Assembly: GCA_011390345.1 (NCBI GenBank)
Contig: JAABSP010000008.1
Span: 21,277 to 85,276 of the forward strand
Direction of reading: 5' to 3'
Source: Desulfobacteraceae bacterium
GTDB lineage: Bacteria > Desulfobacterota > Desulfobacteria > Desulfobacterales > JAABSP01
Length of the DNA stretch: 64,000 bases
Shown here: piece by piece, positions 25,503 to 34,844 of the stretch
How the letters are laid out: each line of letters starts with the position of its first letter
Position numbering within the stretch: the stretch's first letter is position 1
Program-made: the position numbers and the translations under genes
Notes under the pieces: model-generated
Database searches by the model: none
Seen by the model: only the letters and a program-made list of their open reading frames with translations
What the model was told of the DNA's origin: nothing

Positions 25503-26564
25503 ATGGAGCTTCTGAAAAAGACCGTCGATGGAATTCAAACCCCGGATGCCCAAATCTATGAGGCCGCAAAGGATCGCCTCCGGAATCATGCCAGGCCCGC
25601 GGGAAGTTTGGGGCTGCTGGAGGAGATCTCTGCAAGACTTGCCGGAATCTTCAAGACCCTGGATGTGCGTCTGGAGAAGAAAGCGATTGTCACCTGCGCC
25701 GGAGATCACGGCATCTGCAAGGAGGGGGTGAGCCTCTTCCCCTCGGAGGTGACGCGGCAGATGGTGATGAACTTCGTCAATGGCGGCGCGTCCATCAATG
25801 TGCTGGCCCGTCATGCCGGGGCCGAGGTGAGGGTTGCCGACCTGGGGGTGTGCGGAGATTTCCCCGCGGATCTGCCGATCTTTCACAAAAAGGTCTGCAA
25901 AGGGACCCGAAACTTTGCCAAGGGGCCTGCCATGACCCGGGACGAGGCGGTCCAAAGTATCGAGGCCGGGATCGAGATCGTCAACGAGCTGATGGAAAAG
26001 GAGCCGCTTCATCTTCTGGGAACCGGAGATATGGGCATCGGGAACACGACTCCCTCCACTGCGATCATCGCGGCCTTTTCCGGCATTCCTGTGGAGCGGT
26101 TGACCGGCAGAGGGACCGGGGTGGATGATGCGGGGCTTACGCGGAAGATCCGGGCTATCGAAACCGGGCTGGCGCGGAACCGTCCAGATCCACGCGATCC
26201 CATCGACGTGCTGGCAAAGGTGGGGGGATGTGAGATCGGAGGTCTTGCGGGGCTGGTGATCGGTGCGGCCGGAAAAGGGATTCCGGTGATCTGTGATGGG
26301 TTGATCTCCACGGCCGGGGCACTGGTTGCGTGTGAGCTGGCCCCGGCCGCAAGGGCATATCTCTTTGCCGGGCACAACTCGGTGGAGGTGGGACATCGGT
26401 ATATGCTGGAGCGCCTCGATCTTCAGCCGCTGCTGGATCTCCGGTTCCGGCTCGGAGAGGGAACCGGCGCGGCTCTGGCCATGGAGCTGATGGATGCCGC
26501 GACCCGAATCCTGTGCGAGATCAAAACCTTTGAAGAGGTGGCCATCGCGGACGCCCAAAGCTGA
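25503..26564 (+). CDS. cobT: Nicotinate-nucleotide--dimethylbenzimidazole phosphoribosyltransferase
   Basis: Contains GDMGIGNTTPS, GGCEIGGLAG and FRLGEGTGAALA blocks. The ATG at 25503 has a GGAGG 5 nt upstream. Confidence 0.93.
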   Translation: MELLKKTVDGIQTPDAQIYEAAKDRLRNHARPAGSLGLLEEISARLAGIFKTLDVRLEKKAIVTCAGDHGICKEGVSLFPSEVTRQMVMNFVNGGASINVLARHAGAEVRVADLGVCGDFPADLPIFHKKVCKGTRNFAKGPAMTRDEAVQSIEAGIEIVNELMEKEPLHLLGTGDMGIGNTTPSTAIIAAFSGIPVERLTGRGTGVDDAGLTRKIRAIETGLARNRPDPRDPIDVLAKVGGCEIGGLAGLVIGAAGKGIPVICDGLISTAGALVACELAPAARAYLFAGHNSVEVGHRYMLERLDLQPLLDLRFRLGEGTGAALAMELMDAATRILCEIKTFEEVAIADAQS

Positions 26565-26689
26565 AAACCTTTGGTTTCGGGCTTTTTTTCTTGATCCTGA
26601 AGCGCTGCTGCTGTATCCATAACAGGATGGGAGGATTCAACATCCCTGTTCCAATGATCCGCTATGAATGATATCCGGGGAGGTTCAGC

Positions 26690-27901
26690 ATGCGACAAAA
26701 AGCTTTGGGAATTTCGGCAATAGCGATATTGATTATCGTGGGGCTGTCTGGCTCGCCCCCAGCCTTTTCAGAGACGGTTCTGGGGCAATCCTGCGCGCTC
26801 ACAGGACCCACGGCCTTTCTGGGGACCCAGATGCACCGGGGGGCTGCGGCCTATTTCGATCGTAACGCCCAGAACATCCGCCTGCTCGTAAAGGATGACG
26901 GGTATGAGCCGGATCGATGTATCCAAAACACCGAAGCCTTTGTTGCAGAACCGGTTCATGCCCTTTTCGGCTATGTGGGAACCCCCACTTCCAAGGTGGC
27001 GGTTCCCCTTGCCAAAGCCGCGAACACCATCTTCTTCGGTGCGTTTACAGGCGCGGATTTTCTCAGCGACCCCAGAGCCAATCCCCATTCCTTCAGCCTG
27101 CGCGCGAGCTATGATGCGGAGATCGAGAACATGATCCGCCGACTCAAAGAGGATGTCGGGGTCAAAAAGATCTCCCTGTTTGTCCAGCGGGATGCATTCG
27201 GCTTTGCCGGAGTATCGGGCGCACGCAAGGCCGTCTCCCAAATCGAAGGCATCGAGATAATTCCGGCCCTTCCCTCCATACCCCCAGACGGGGCAACGGA
27301 CGCGGAATGGGAGAAGTTCTGGAGATTCGTTCCCAACTATAAACGGAACAGCCTTCAGGTGGGGCAGAGTGTGCGCCAGATCGCGGGAAACCGGGTGGAT
27401 GCGGTGATCATGGTCGGCGCCTATCTCCCCTGTGCGGCCGCGATCAATATGTGGCGAAGGCTCGATTTCGATGCGGTCTTCATGAACATCTCCTTTGTGG
27501 GCTCCCATGCCCTGGCCAGATCCCTGCGGGGAAACACCGCAAATGTTTTCATAAGCCAGGTGGTCCCGGACCCCTGGGATGCGGGAGTCCCTGTGGTGCG
27601 GGAGTATCAGGAAGCCATCGGCGGCAGCGACTTCGGCTTTGTCAGCCTCGAGGGCTTTCTTGCAGCCAAGGCGATGGACATGGCCCTCGGGGCTGCGGGA
27701 GACGCGCCCGACTTCTCCCGGCTGAAACGGGCCATCGAATCCATGTCAAACGCGGATCTCGGGGGCTATTTTGTATCCTTTGGCCCGGCGGACCACCGGG
27801 GATCGGATACGGTCTATCTGACGGAGATCGAAGCGGTTCCGGGCCCCGATGGGAAATTCGACTACACCTTCAGCTATATCGACCGCATCAGCAAGCGGTG
27901 A
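26690..27901 (+). CDS. Periplasmic solute-binding protein, type I (LivJ/branched-chain amino-acid family); no adjacent permease or ATPase
   Basis: Signal peptide followed by GQSCALTGPTAFLGTQMHRGAAAYF, typical of PBP1 ABC substrate-binding proteins. Confidence 0.8.
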   Translation: MRQKALGISAIAILIIVGLSGSPPAFSETVLGQSCALTGPTAFLGTQMHRGAAAYFDRNAQNIRLLVKDDGYEPDRCIQNTEAFVAEPVHALFGYVGTPTSKVAVPLAKAANTIFFGAFTGADFLSDPRANPHSFSLRASYDAEIENMIRRLKEDVGVKKISLFVQRDAFGFAGVSGARKAVSQIEGIEIIPALPSIPPDGATDAEWEKFWRFVPNYKRNSLQVGQSVRQIAGNRVDAVIMVGAYLPCAAAINMWRRLDFDAVFMNISFVGSHALARSLRGNTANVFISQVVPDPWDAGVPVVREYQEAIGGSDFGFVSLEGFLAAKAMDMALGAAGDAPDFSRLKRAIESMSNADLGGYFVSFGPADHRGSDTVYLTEIEAVPGPDGKFDYTFSYIDRISKR

Positions 27902-28035
27902 CAGGAGATTTCCGGACCCTTGCCGCTTTATCTTCGAATCGTCTCCAACATGGCGAAGGGAGTTGCATTTTTTCCTCGATTCACGTACCCTTGGATAATG
28001 GAAGAAATGTCTATGGAACCAGAAGAGGAGGGGGC

Positions 28036-28563
28036 ATGAGAAGATTTTGGGCTGCTGGCTGGATCATTGCCGCTGGATTGCATCTGCTGTTTGCTCCTTT
28101 CCTGTGGGCGCAGGATACCCGCTTTTACGATCCTGAAGGAAATCCCCTCTCGGAGGCCGAATACCGGGTTATGATCTCCCGATGGAAGGATTGCCGTTCG
28201 GTTGCAAAAGATGAGCGCCAGTTCAACAGATGTCTCAAAGAGGGGGTGAAAGCCATTGCCCCGCCGGCCCCGGCCCCTGAATTGTCCGCTTCCCCTCCGG
28301 AGAGGGCTGTGCCCGAAAGCGCGGCACAGGGAAAAGTGATCTGGCTCTTGGGGCCCGAGGAGGAGGCTGCGGCTGCCTCCGGTAAAGCCCCGGAGGCGCC
28401 GGTGGCGGCCCATGCCGGAAAACGCAAGATCGCCGGGGTGAAGGCGGCGCTGCCCGGCTCCGATTCGGACGATGCCGATGATCAGCCGGTGCGCGTGATC
28501 GAACGGGAGATCCCTGTTCCCGGCGGCGGTGTGTTGAAAGTCAGGGAGTTCATCTACGAATAA
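28036..28563 (+). CDS. Secreted Pro/Ala-rich hypothetical protein
   Basis: The ATG at 28036 has a GAGGAGGGGG RBS. The signal-like N-terminus is MRRFWAAGWIIAAGLHLLFAPFLWAQD. The upstream part of the longer track ORF 27451..28563 overlaps the solute-binding gene out of frame. Confidence 0.55.
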   Translation: MRRFWAAGWIIAAGLHLLFAPFLWAQDTRFYDPEGNPLSEAEYRVMISRWKDCRSVAKDERQFNRCLKEGVKAIAPPAPAPELSASPPERAVPESAAQGKVIWLLGPEEEAAAASGKAPEAPVAAHAGKRKIAGVKAALPGSDSDDADDQPVRVIEREIPVPGGGVLKVREFIYE

Positions 28564-28577
28564 TCATCACAGAGGAG

Positions 28578-29423
28578 ATGGTAGAGCGGATGAAAGTTCA
28601 ATGCCCCAACTGCAGTTTCACCTCCCAGATCGATGATGCCAAGGTTCCGGATAAGGAGGTCAAGATCCGGTGTCCCAAGTGCAGCACCCGTTTTCCGATC
28701 CAAAAAGGGGGAGATGCCCCCATCGCGTCGAAAAAGCAACCCCCAAAACCGCAGAAGGATTCTTCAAAATCCTCTTCCCAAAAGAAGGACGGGGAGGAGA
28801 TGGTTCAATGTTCCAAGTGCAGACATAAGCAGCATCCGAGAGCGGCCTGTGTCTATTGCGGAACCCCTTTTCCCGACTATGTTCCGCGGTCGGAACCGGA
28901 ATCTGCCCCATCTCCTCCGGCCCCGAGGGGAGAGCCGAAGATCACCGAAGCTTTTCAGCGATCCAGCACTACCGTAAAATCTCCGCTGATGGATCGTGAA
29001 AAAGAGGCCGATGCAGAGGAGAACGATGCAGAGCTTGTCCGCTGCCCCTATTGTGATGAGCGGATCCGAAAAAAGGCGATCAAGTGTAAACATTGCCAGG
29101 AAAGACTGGAGCCTTCCGAGTCGGAATCTGAGGTGGGAAAGCCGAGAAGTCGATCGCCGGTGGATGCTCTGAAGGGATTGATCGATTTCTCCTTTACCCG
29201 CTATTTCACCCCGCCGCTCATCAAGATCCTCTATGCCGTGGGAATGGTCGTCGGAGCCATTCTGATGATCATTGCCATTGTCATGGGTTTTATGCAGGGG
29301 CAGATCATAAGACCCCTGCTCGGAATCCTGGCCTTATTCCTCTATCTGCTGAGCATCCGGGTCTATGCCGAGATCCTGCTGGTCATCTTTGATATCGAAA
29401 AGAATACTCAAGCGAGACGGTAA
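28578..29423 (+). CDS. Multi-zinc-ribbon protein (MJ0042-type N-terminus) with C-terminal DUF4282-like membrane domain
   Basis: Zinc-ribbon blocks are VQCPNCSF...IRCPKCSTRFPI, VQCSKCRH...CVYCGTPF and RCPYCDERIRKKAIKCKHCQ. The C-terminus reads DFSFTRYFTPPLIKILYAVGMVV followed by 2 TM helices. The start may be the second ATG (28590). Confidence 0.7.
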   Translation: MVERMKVQCPNCSFTSQIDDAKVPDKEVKIRCPKCSTRFPIQKGGDAPIASKKQPPKPQKDSSKSSSQKKDGEEMVQCSKCRHKQHPRAACVYCGTPFPDYVPRSEPESAPSPPAPRGEPKITEAFQRSSTTVKSPLMDREKEADAEENDAELVRCPYCDERIRKKAIKCKHCQERLEPSESESEVGKPRSRSPVDALKGLIDFSFTRYFTPPLIKILYAVGMVVGAILMIIAIVMGFMQGQIIRPLLGILALFLYLLSIRVYAEILLVIFDIEKNTQARR

Positions 29424-29439
29424 AGAAGGAGAGAGCACC

Positions 29440-29814
29440 ATGAAATGCCCCAAGTGCCAAACGGATATGGAGAAGATCGAATACGAGGAGGTGACTGTTG
29501 ACCGCTGCCTTGGCTGCAAAGGGCTCTGGTTCGACATGCTCGAGCATGAAAAGCTCAAAGGGATTCCCGGTTCTGAGATCATCGATTCCGGTGATCCGGA
29601 GACCGGCAGAAAATACAATGAGATCGATGAGGTCAACTGCCCGGTCTGCCGGGCCCGGATGATCCGGATGGTGGACAAGGATCAGCCCCATATCTGGTAT
29701 GAATCCTGCGGGGTCTGCTACGGCGTCTTCTTCGATGCCGGGGAGTTCACCGATTACAAGGAGAAGACGATCCTCGATTATTTCAAAGGGTTTGTGGCAA
29801 AAGAACGGAGGTAG
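29440..29814 (+). CDS. Tandem TFIIB-type zinc-finger (zf-TFIIB/PF13453-like) protein
   Basis: First copy: MKCPKCQTDMEKIEYEEVTVDRCLGCKGLWFDMLEHEKL. Second copy: CPVCRARMIRM...CGVCYGVFFDAGEF. Confidence 0.65.
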   Translation: MKCPKCQTDMEKIEYEEVTVDRCLGCKGLWFDMLEHEKLKGIPGSEIIDSGDPETGRKYNEIDEVNCPVCRARMIRMVDKDQPHIWYESCGVCYGVFFDAGEFTDYKEKTILDYFKGFVAKERR

Positions 29815-29881
29815 GCTTTCTTTGAATCGATCCGTTGGCCATGAAAACCGGGAACATGACCATGGCTTGTCCCGGAAGTCG

Positions 29882-30790
29882 ATGATTGTGGTTCTCAATC
29901 TCGGGGCCGGCTACTTCTCCCGGTCCGGGGGGCAGGAGCGAAAGGCGCATCTGTCTCAGCTTTTCAACGAGTGCTGCCCCAATGCCCGGCTGGTATGGGC
30001 TCCTCCTGATAACATGGGAAAGGAGATATTGAAAGCCGTAGAGAGTTCTTCGGATATCCTGATCGTGGGCGGAGGCGACGGAACCATCAACCGGACCGTC
30101 AACGCGCTCGGGGGAACCGAAAAGGCCATCGGCGTGCTTCCCCTGGGTACCTTCAACCTGATCGCAAGGGATCTTCACATACCGCTGGATGTGGAGACCG
30201 CGGTCAAAACCCTGACTGCCGGCCGGATCGAAGAGGTCGATGTGGGGGAGATCAACGGCTATATCTTTGTCCACAATATCTCATTGGGCATCCATCGGAA
30301 GGCCGTGGAGATGCGGGAGGTGTATCGGAAAAAGATGAATATCGGGAAGATTGCCGCGGTCGCGTTTGCCGCGTTCAAGGCTGCACTCCAGCCGCCCCTG
30401 ATGTCGGGCTATCTGGAATCTGTGGATGATGCCGAATTCATCCGTGCCCCCTTTGTATTTGTGGGAGTCAACCGGTTCGAGACCGATATCTTCACCCTGA
30501 TGCAGCGTCTCTCCCTGACGGACGGGAATCTGAGCGTTCTCTATTCTCCCCAGGTCAAGCCCCCGGCCCGGCTCTTCATGTTCAAATTGGGACTCTATGC
30601 GATCTTCAAGCGCCGGTTCAAGGAGGTTCCGGAACTCAAGTCGATTCTGACCCAGGAGTTTACGATCCACAGCCGGAAGAAGAGGCTCAAGGCCCTGGCC
30701 GACGGCGAGTTCGTCCGCTTCCGAACGCCATTGAGATTCAGTATCCGGCCCCGATACCTGCGGATGATGATCCCAAAGCTTGAAGAATGA
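29882..30790 (+). CDS. Diacylglycerol-kinase-catalytic-domain lipid kinase (YegS/LCB5 family)
   Basis: Contains MIVVLNLGAG and ILIVGGGDGTINRTVNAL (GGDGT motif). The track ORF extends upstream without support. The stop overlaps the next start (ATGA). Confidence 0.75.
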   Translation: MIVVLNLGAGYFSRSGGQERKAHLSQLFNECCPNARLVWAPPDNMGKEILKAVESSSDILIVGGGDGTINRTVNALGGTEKAIGVLPLGTFNLIARDLHIPLDVETAVKTLTAGRIEEVDVGEINGYIFVHNISLGIHRKAVEMREVYRKKMNIGKIAAVAFAAFKAALQPPLMSGYLESVDDAEFIRAPFVFVGVNRFETDIFTLMQRLSLTDGNLSVLYSPQVKPPARLFMFKLGLYAIFKRRFKEVPELKSILTQEFTIHSRKKRLKALADGEFVRFRTPLRFSIRPRYLRMMIPKLEE

Positions 30791-31701
30791 AGCGGATCGC
30801 ACATATCTCCGACATCCATTTCGGCAGGGTGGTCCCGGAAATCGCAGACGCTCTGGTGGCGGATTTGAAGGCGCTGAATCCCGATCTGGTGGCGGTGAGC
30901 GGGGATCTGACCCAGCGGGCCCGGCCGTGGCAGTATCGAGCGGCAAGGGATTTTTTAAGACGGATTCCCTTTCCCAAGATCGTGGTCCCGGGAAACCATG
31001 ATGTTCCCCTGTATGATGTGGGCCGGCGGTTTTTGCGGCCATTGAAGCGGTTTGAGCGGTATATCACTAACGATTTCAGCCCGTTTTATGCCGATGACGA
31101 GATCGCTGTACTCGGGGTTAATACCGCGAGATCCTTCACCTTCACGAACGGCAGCATCTCTGCAAAGCAGGTGGAGATCATCCGGGAGCATTTCTGTGGG
31201 ATTCCGCAGGAGACCCGAAAAATTCTGGTCACCCACCATCCCTTTCTGCCGCCACCGGACGACCTGAAAAGGCGGCTGATGGGCAGCGCTGGAAAGGTTC
31301 TTACGACCCTGGAGAGCTGCAACCTCGATCTGCTCCTGGCCGGCCACTTTCATATGAGCTACGCTGGCGGCTCCCATTCCGTCTACCGGACTCTGGCCCG
31401 CTCCGTGCTGGTGATCCAGGCGGGGACGGCCACCTCCAGCCGGGTGCGGAAGGAGAAGAACGCCTACAATACCATCTCGGTGGAGGGAGATCAGGTCGAA
31501 CTGGAGGTCCGGATGTGGGAGGGCCGCGGTTTCGTCCATTATCGGAAACAGCGGTTTCACCATGATGATGAAAGGGGATGGGATCTGGGACATGCTCCTC
31601 ATTCGACCGCAGATCCTTCCCAGCATTTGTCGAAAAGCGGAGACGGAATCGAAGAGAACCTTGAACATATCAGCCTTCAGGCAAGGAGGGAATTCAGATG
31701 A
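30787..31701 (+). CDS. Calcineurin-like metallophosphoesterase
   Basis: Contains HISDIHFG, GDLTQR, GNHD and VTHHP motifs. The stop overlaps the next start (ATGA). Confidence 0.85.
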   Translation: MKRIAHISDIHFGRVVPEIADALVADLKALNPDLVAVSGDLTQRARPWQYRAARDFLRRIPFPKIVVPGNHDVPLYDVGRRFLRPLKRFERYITNDFSPFYADDEIAVLGVNTARSFTFTNGSISAKQVEIIREHFCGIPQETRKILVTHHPFLPPPDDLKRRLMGSAGKVLTTLESCNLDLLLAGHFHMSYAGGSHSVYRTLARSVLVIQAGTATSSRVRKEKNAYNTISVEGDQVELEVRMWEGRGFVHYRKQRFHHDDERGWDLGHAPHSTADPSQHLSKSGDGIEENLEHISLQARREFR

Positions 31702-33053
31702 AAAAAGAGCGACTGGTAGTAATCGGCGGAGACGCGGCCGGGATGAGCGCGGCCTCCCAGGCCCGTCGGCGGAAGCCGGAGATGGAGATCATAGCCTTTG
31801 AAAAGAGTCCGCACACATCCTATTCGGCCTGAGGGGTTCCCTATTACATCGGCAGTCTTGTCGATGACGAAAACGATCTGGTGGCAAGAACCCCGGAAGC
31901 CTTCAAGAAGAATCAGGACATCGACGCATATGTCCGCCATGAGGTGACGGAGATCGATCTTTCTGACAGAAGAGTCCGGGTCGAAAATCTCGATACCGGA
32001 AAGGAGTGGTGGGAGCCCTTTGATCAACTGATGGTCGCGACAGGCGCGGTTGCACTCCGCCCCCCCATCGAAAACATCGATGCGGAGGGGATCTACGGGA
32101 TCACGACCCTGAAGAGCGGGATGATCTTCAAGGGGGTAGTCGATCGGGAGAAGCCGAGACGGGGGGTGGTGATCGGCGGCGGATACATCGGCCTGGAGAT
32201 GGCTGAGGCCATGCTGATGCGGGGGATGGAGGTCTCGCTGGTGGAGATGGCTCCCGAGGTGATGGGAACCCTGGACCCGGATATCGGCGCGATCGTCTCC
32301 CAGTCCCTCATCGATCACAAGGTTGACCTCTACCGGGAGGAGGCGCTCACCGGCATCGAAGTCAAGAACGGAAAAGTCACGGCAGTGATCACGGAAAACC
32401 GTGTGCTGCCGGCAGACATCGTGGTCCTCGGGACCGGGGTGAGGCCCAACTCGGATCTGGCAAAGGCGGCCGGGATTCCCGTAGGCGTCCGGGACGGCAT
32501 CATTGTAAACGAGCGGCAGCAGACCGAGATCGAAGGCGTCTGGTCAGCAGGAGACTGCGTCCAGACCCATCACCTGATCAGCAAAAAGCCCTTCTATGTG
32601 GCCCTGGGAACCGTTGCCAATAAACAGGGGATGGTGGCAGGCATCAACATCGGCGGCGACGATGCGGTCTTCCCGGGTGCGATCGGAACGGCCATCACAA
32701 AGTTCATGGAGACCGAGATCTCCCGCACGGGATTGAGCCAAAAGGAGATCGAGGATCTGGGATGGGAGTTCATCACCGGGAAGGTCAAGACCAGGAACAA
32801 GCCGGGCTACTATCCCGGGGCGGCCGAGATCACGGTTAAGATCCATGCGGAAAAGGGGAGCGGTAAATTGCTCGGCGGCCAGATCGTGGGCAAACAGGAG
32901 TCCGGAAAGCGGATCGACACCATTGCCACCTGCCTTCATGCCGGATTTACGGTAGAACAGATGGTCTTTCTCGATCTGAGCTATGCCCCGCCCTTCTCTC
33001 CGGTCTGGGACCCGGTGGCGGTCGCGGCCCGCAAGGCTGTCAAAGAGATCTGA
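31698..33053 (+). CDS. CoA-disulfide reductase / NADH oxidase-family flavoprotein with in-frame TGA (predicted selenocysteine) at the active-site Cys position
   Basis: The ATG at 31698 (AAGGAGG upstream) opens the frame of track ORF 31881..33053. It reads MKKERLVVIGGDAAGMSAAS...SPHTSYSA-TGA(31830-31832)-GVPYYIG, collinear with the SFANCALPY active-site block of CoADR/Nox. The rest shows the typical two-Rossmann-fold plus dimerisation-domain layout. Confidence 0.85.
31847..31866 (+). promoter_or_regulatory. Candidate bacterial SECIS hairpin
   Basis: CAUCGGC-AGUCUU-GUCGAUG forms a 7-bp stem (one G-U pair). It starts 15 nt after the UGA and has a GU in the apical loop. Confidence 0.5.
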
Positions 33054-33068
33054 CGACCAGTTGGGATT

Positions 33069-33839
33069 ATGCTTTCTCTTATTACTCTGCTGACAGTAAT
33101 GGTTCTTTCGATTCTCGTCACCCGGATTGCAACGGTCGCCCTCACACATACGGGCCTTTCGAAGCAGGCCGCGAGATTCCAGGCCCGCTCCGCATTCACC
33201 GGGGTCGGCTTCACCACCAACGAATCGGAGAAGATGGTCAACCACCCAGTTCGGCGTAAGGTTCTGCTGCTGCTGATGCTTTTGGGCAATGCCGGGATCG
33301 TGACGGTGATGTCAACCCTGATCCTCTCCTTCATGAATCTGGAGACGACCCAGTCGGTCGCGGTCCGGGTGGCCATTATCCTTTTCGGACTGCTCCTCCT
33401 CTGGGCATTGGCCGCAAGCCAATGGGTGGATCGCCACCTCTCCAACCTGATCACCTGGGCACTGAAGCACTATACGAACATGGATGTCCGTGATTACGCG
33501 GCCATGCTCCACCTGGCCGGAGAGTATGCGGTGAGCGAGATGCAGGTGGAGCCGGAGGACTGGCTTTCGGGAAAGAGCCTCGAGGAGCTGAAGCTGAAGA
33601 AAGAGGGGGTGATGGTGCTGGGCATCACGCGGAAGAACGGAACCTATATCGGCGGGCCCATGGGAAATACGAAGCTGCTTCCCTATGATACGATAATGCT
33701 CTACGGCCGGACCTCTGCGGTGCAGAAGCTCGACGAGCGGAAAAGAGGCCGCACCGGGGATGAGGAGCACGTCCGGGAGGTGGTGCGCCAGATGGGGGTG
33801 GTGCAGGATCAGGAGGCCGATGATTCTGCGGAAAAATGA
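33069..33839 (+). CDS. Membrane protein with TrkA-C (RCK_C) domain and a single KtrB/TrkH-like pore-loop motif
   Basis: TM1, then ARSAFTGVGFTT, then TM2, then further TM helices. The C-terminal block VEPEDWLSGKSLEELKLKKEGVMVLGITR...LLPYDTIMLYG matches RCK_C. Confidence 0.65.
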   Translation: MLSLITLLTVMVLSILVTRIATVALTHTGLSKQAARFQARSAFTGVGFTTNESEKMVNHPVRRKVLLLLMLLGNAGIVTVMSTLILSFMNLETTQSVAVRVAIILFGLLLLWALAASQWVDRHLSNLITWALKHYTNMDVRDYAAMLHLAGEYAVSEMQVEPEDWLSGKSLEELKLKKEGVMVLGITRKNGTYIGGPMGNTKLLPYDTIMLYGRTSAVQKLDERKRGRTGDEEHVREVVRQMGVVQDQEADDSAEK

Positions 33840-33854
33840 GGAGAATGGCTTGGA

Positions 33855-34844
33855 ATGAGTCCTGAAAGTGCTATTTTGCCAAAGTCCGTTCCCTGGGTGA
33901 TCAAACCCCTGGTTCCGGAGCCGGTCTATACGGACCGGGAGGAGCATCTGGAATACCTTTACCATGCCGCGACAGAGGCGGCCCGCCGGCGCACCATGTC
34001 CACGGTGCTGCTGGGTCAGCGCCGGATGGGCAAGACCGAGGTATTCAAGCGGGTGGTCAACCGCCTCTTTTTCGAGCAGGACCCGGAAGATCCAAACGCG
34101 GTTGTTCCTGTCTACTACAGCTTTCCGGATCAGCCGATGGATGTCACCGCGTTTGCCGTCGATTATCTGGAGAACCTGATCCGCTATTATGTAGGTTTTT
34201 ACACCCGCCAGCCTTGGATCGTTGAAAAACGGATCACCGGGGATGCGCTGATCCGGACGGTTCATGAAGCCAAAGAATGCTTTCCTTTTACCGGGCGCCT
34301 GGACTGGATGCTCGACTGGCATGATGCGATCTGCCGGAAGGATACACCTTTTCCCCAGCGGGATGCGCTGGATGCCGTGCGGCGGGTGGCCGATTCCGAC
34401 GATTCCACCATTGTCGTCTTTTTAGACGAGTTCCAGAACATCCGCCTGCCCCGGCACAATTTCGAACTGACCGGCTTCATGCAGGAGGCCGTGGAATCGC
34501 CGAACTGCCCTCATTTCGTCACCGGGTCAGAAATAAATGATTCGGTACAGGAGAAATTTAGTTGGCATGCATGTGGAAAATTTAAGATTCGTACCCTTGA
34601 TGCCATGACCGGCTATTGGGGCGCGGAACTGGCCAAAAAAGTGGCGGCCTATTACGATGCGGAGCTTTCCGAAAAAATGGCCCCAGTTGTTGCAGACCGG
34701 TGTGGCGGTAATCCTTTCTATATCACTACAATGATCCGTCAAGCAGCCTTTCGGCAAATACCAATTGAAAATAATGAGGTGTTAGACAGAATTCTAAAAC
34801 TGGACTTATTCCTCAGTTTCTACATGGATGAACGATATAGCTAA
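33855..34844 (+). CDS. AAA-type ATPase (archaeal-ATPase/PF01637-like), possibly 3'-truncated
   Basis: Walker A GQRRMGKT, Walker B VVFLDEFQNI and a GGNPFYI block. The last ~100 codons and the downstream spacer are visibly AT-richer than the flanks. Confidence 0.65.
   Translation: MSPESAILPKSVPWVIKPLVPEPVYTDREEHLEYLYHAATEAARRRTMSTVLLGQRRMGKTEVFKRVVNRLFFEQDPEDPNAVVPVYYSFPDQPMDVTAFAVDYLENLIRYYVGFYTRQPWIVEKRITGDALIRTVHEAKECFPFTGRLDWMLDWHDAICRKDTPFPQRDALDAVRRVADSDDSTIVVFLDEFQNIRLPRHNFELTGFMQEAVESPNCPHFVTGSEINDSVQEKFSWHACGKFKIRTLDAMTGYWGAELAKKVAAYYDAELSEKMAPVVADRCGGNPFYITTMIRQAAFRQIPIENNEVLDRILKLDLFLSFYMDERYS

Noticed and set aside
27451-28035. The upstream two-thirds of track ORF 27451..28563 (370 aa).
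   Set aside because: This part overlaps the solute-binding-protein gene out of frame and reads as Arg/Gly-rich noise. A good RBS, an ATG and a signal peptide at 28036 define the real, shorter gene.
31881-33053. Treating the track ORF as the complete flavoprotein gene starting at 31881.
   Set aside because: It would lack the FAD-binding GxGxxG fold and the active site. Both are encoded in the same frame upstream, across a single TGA.
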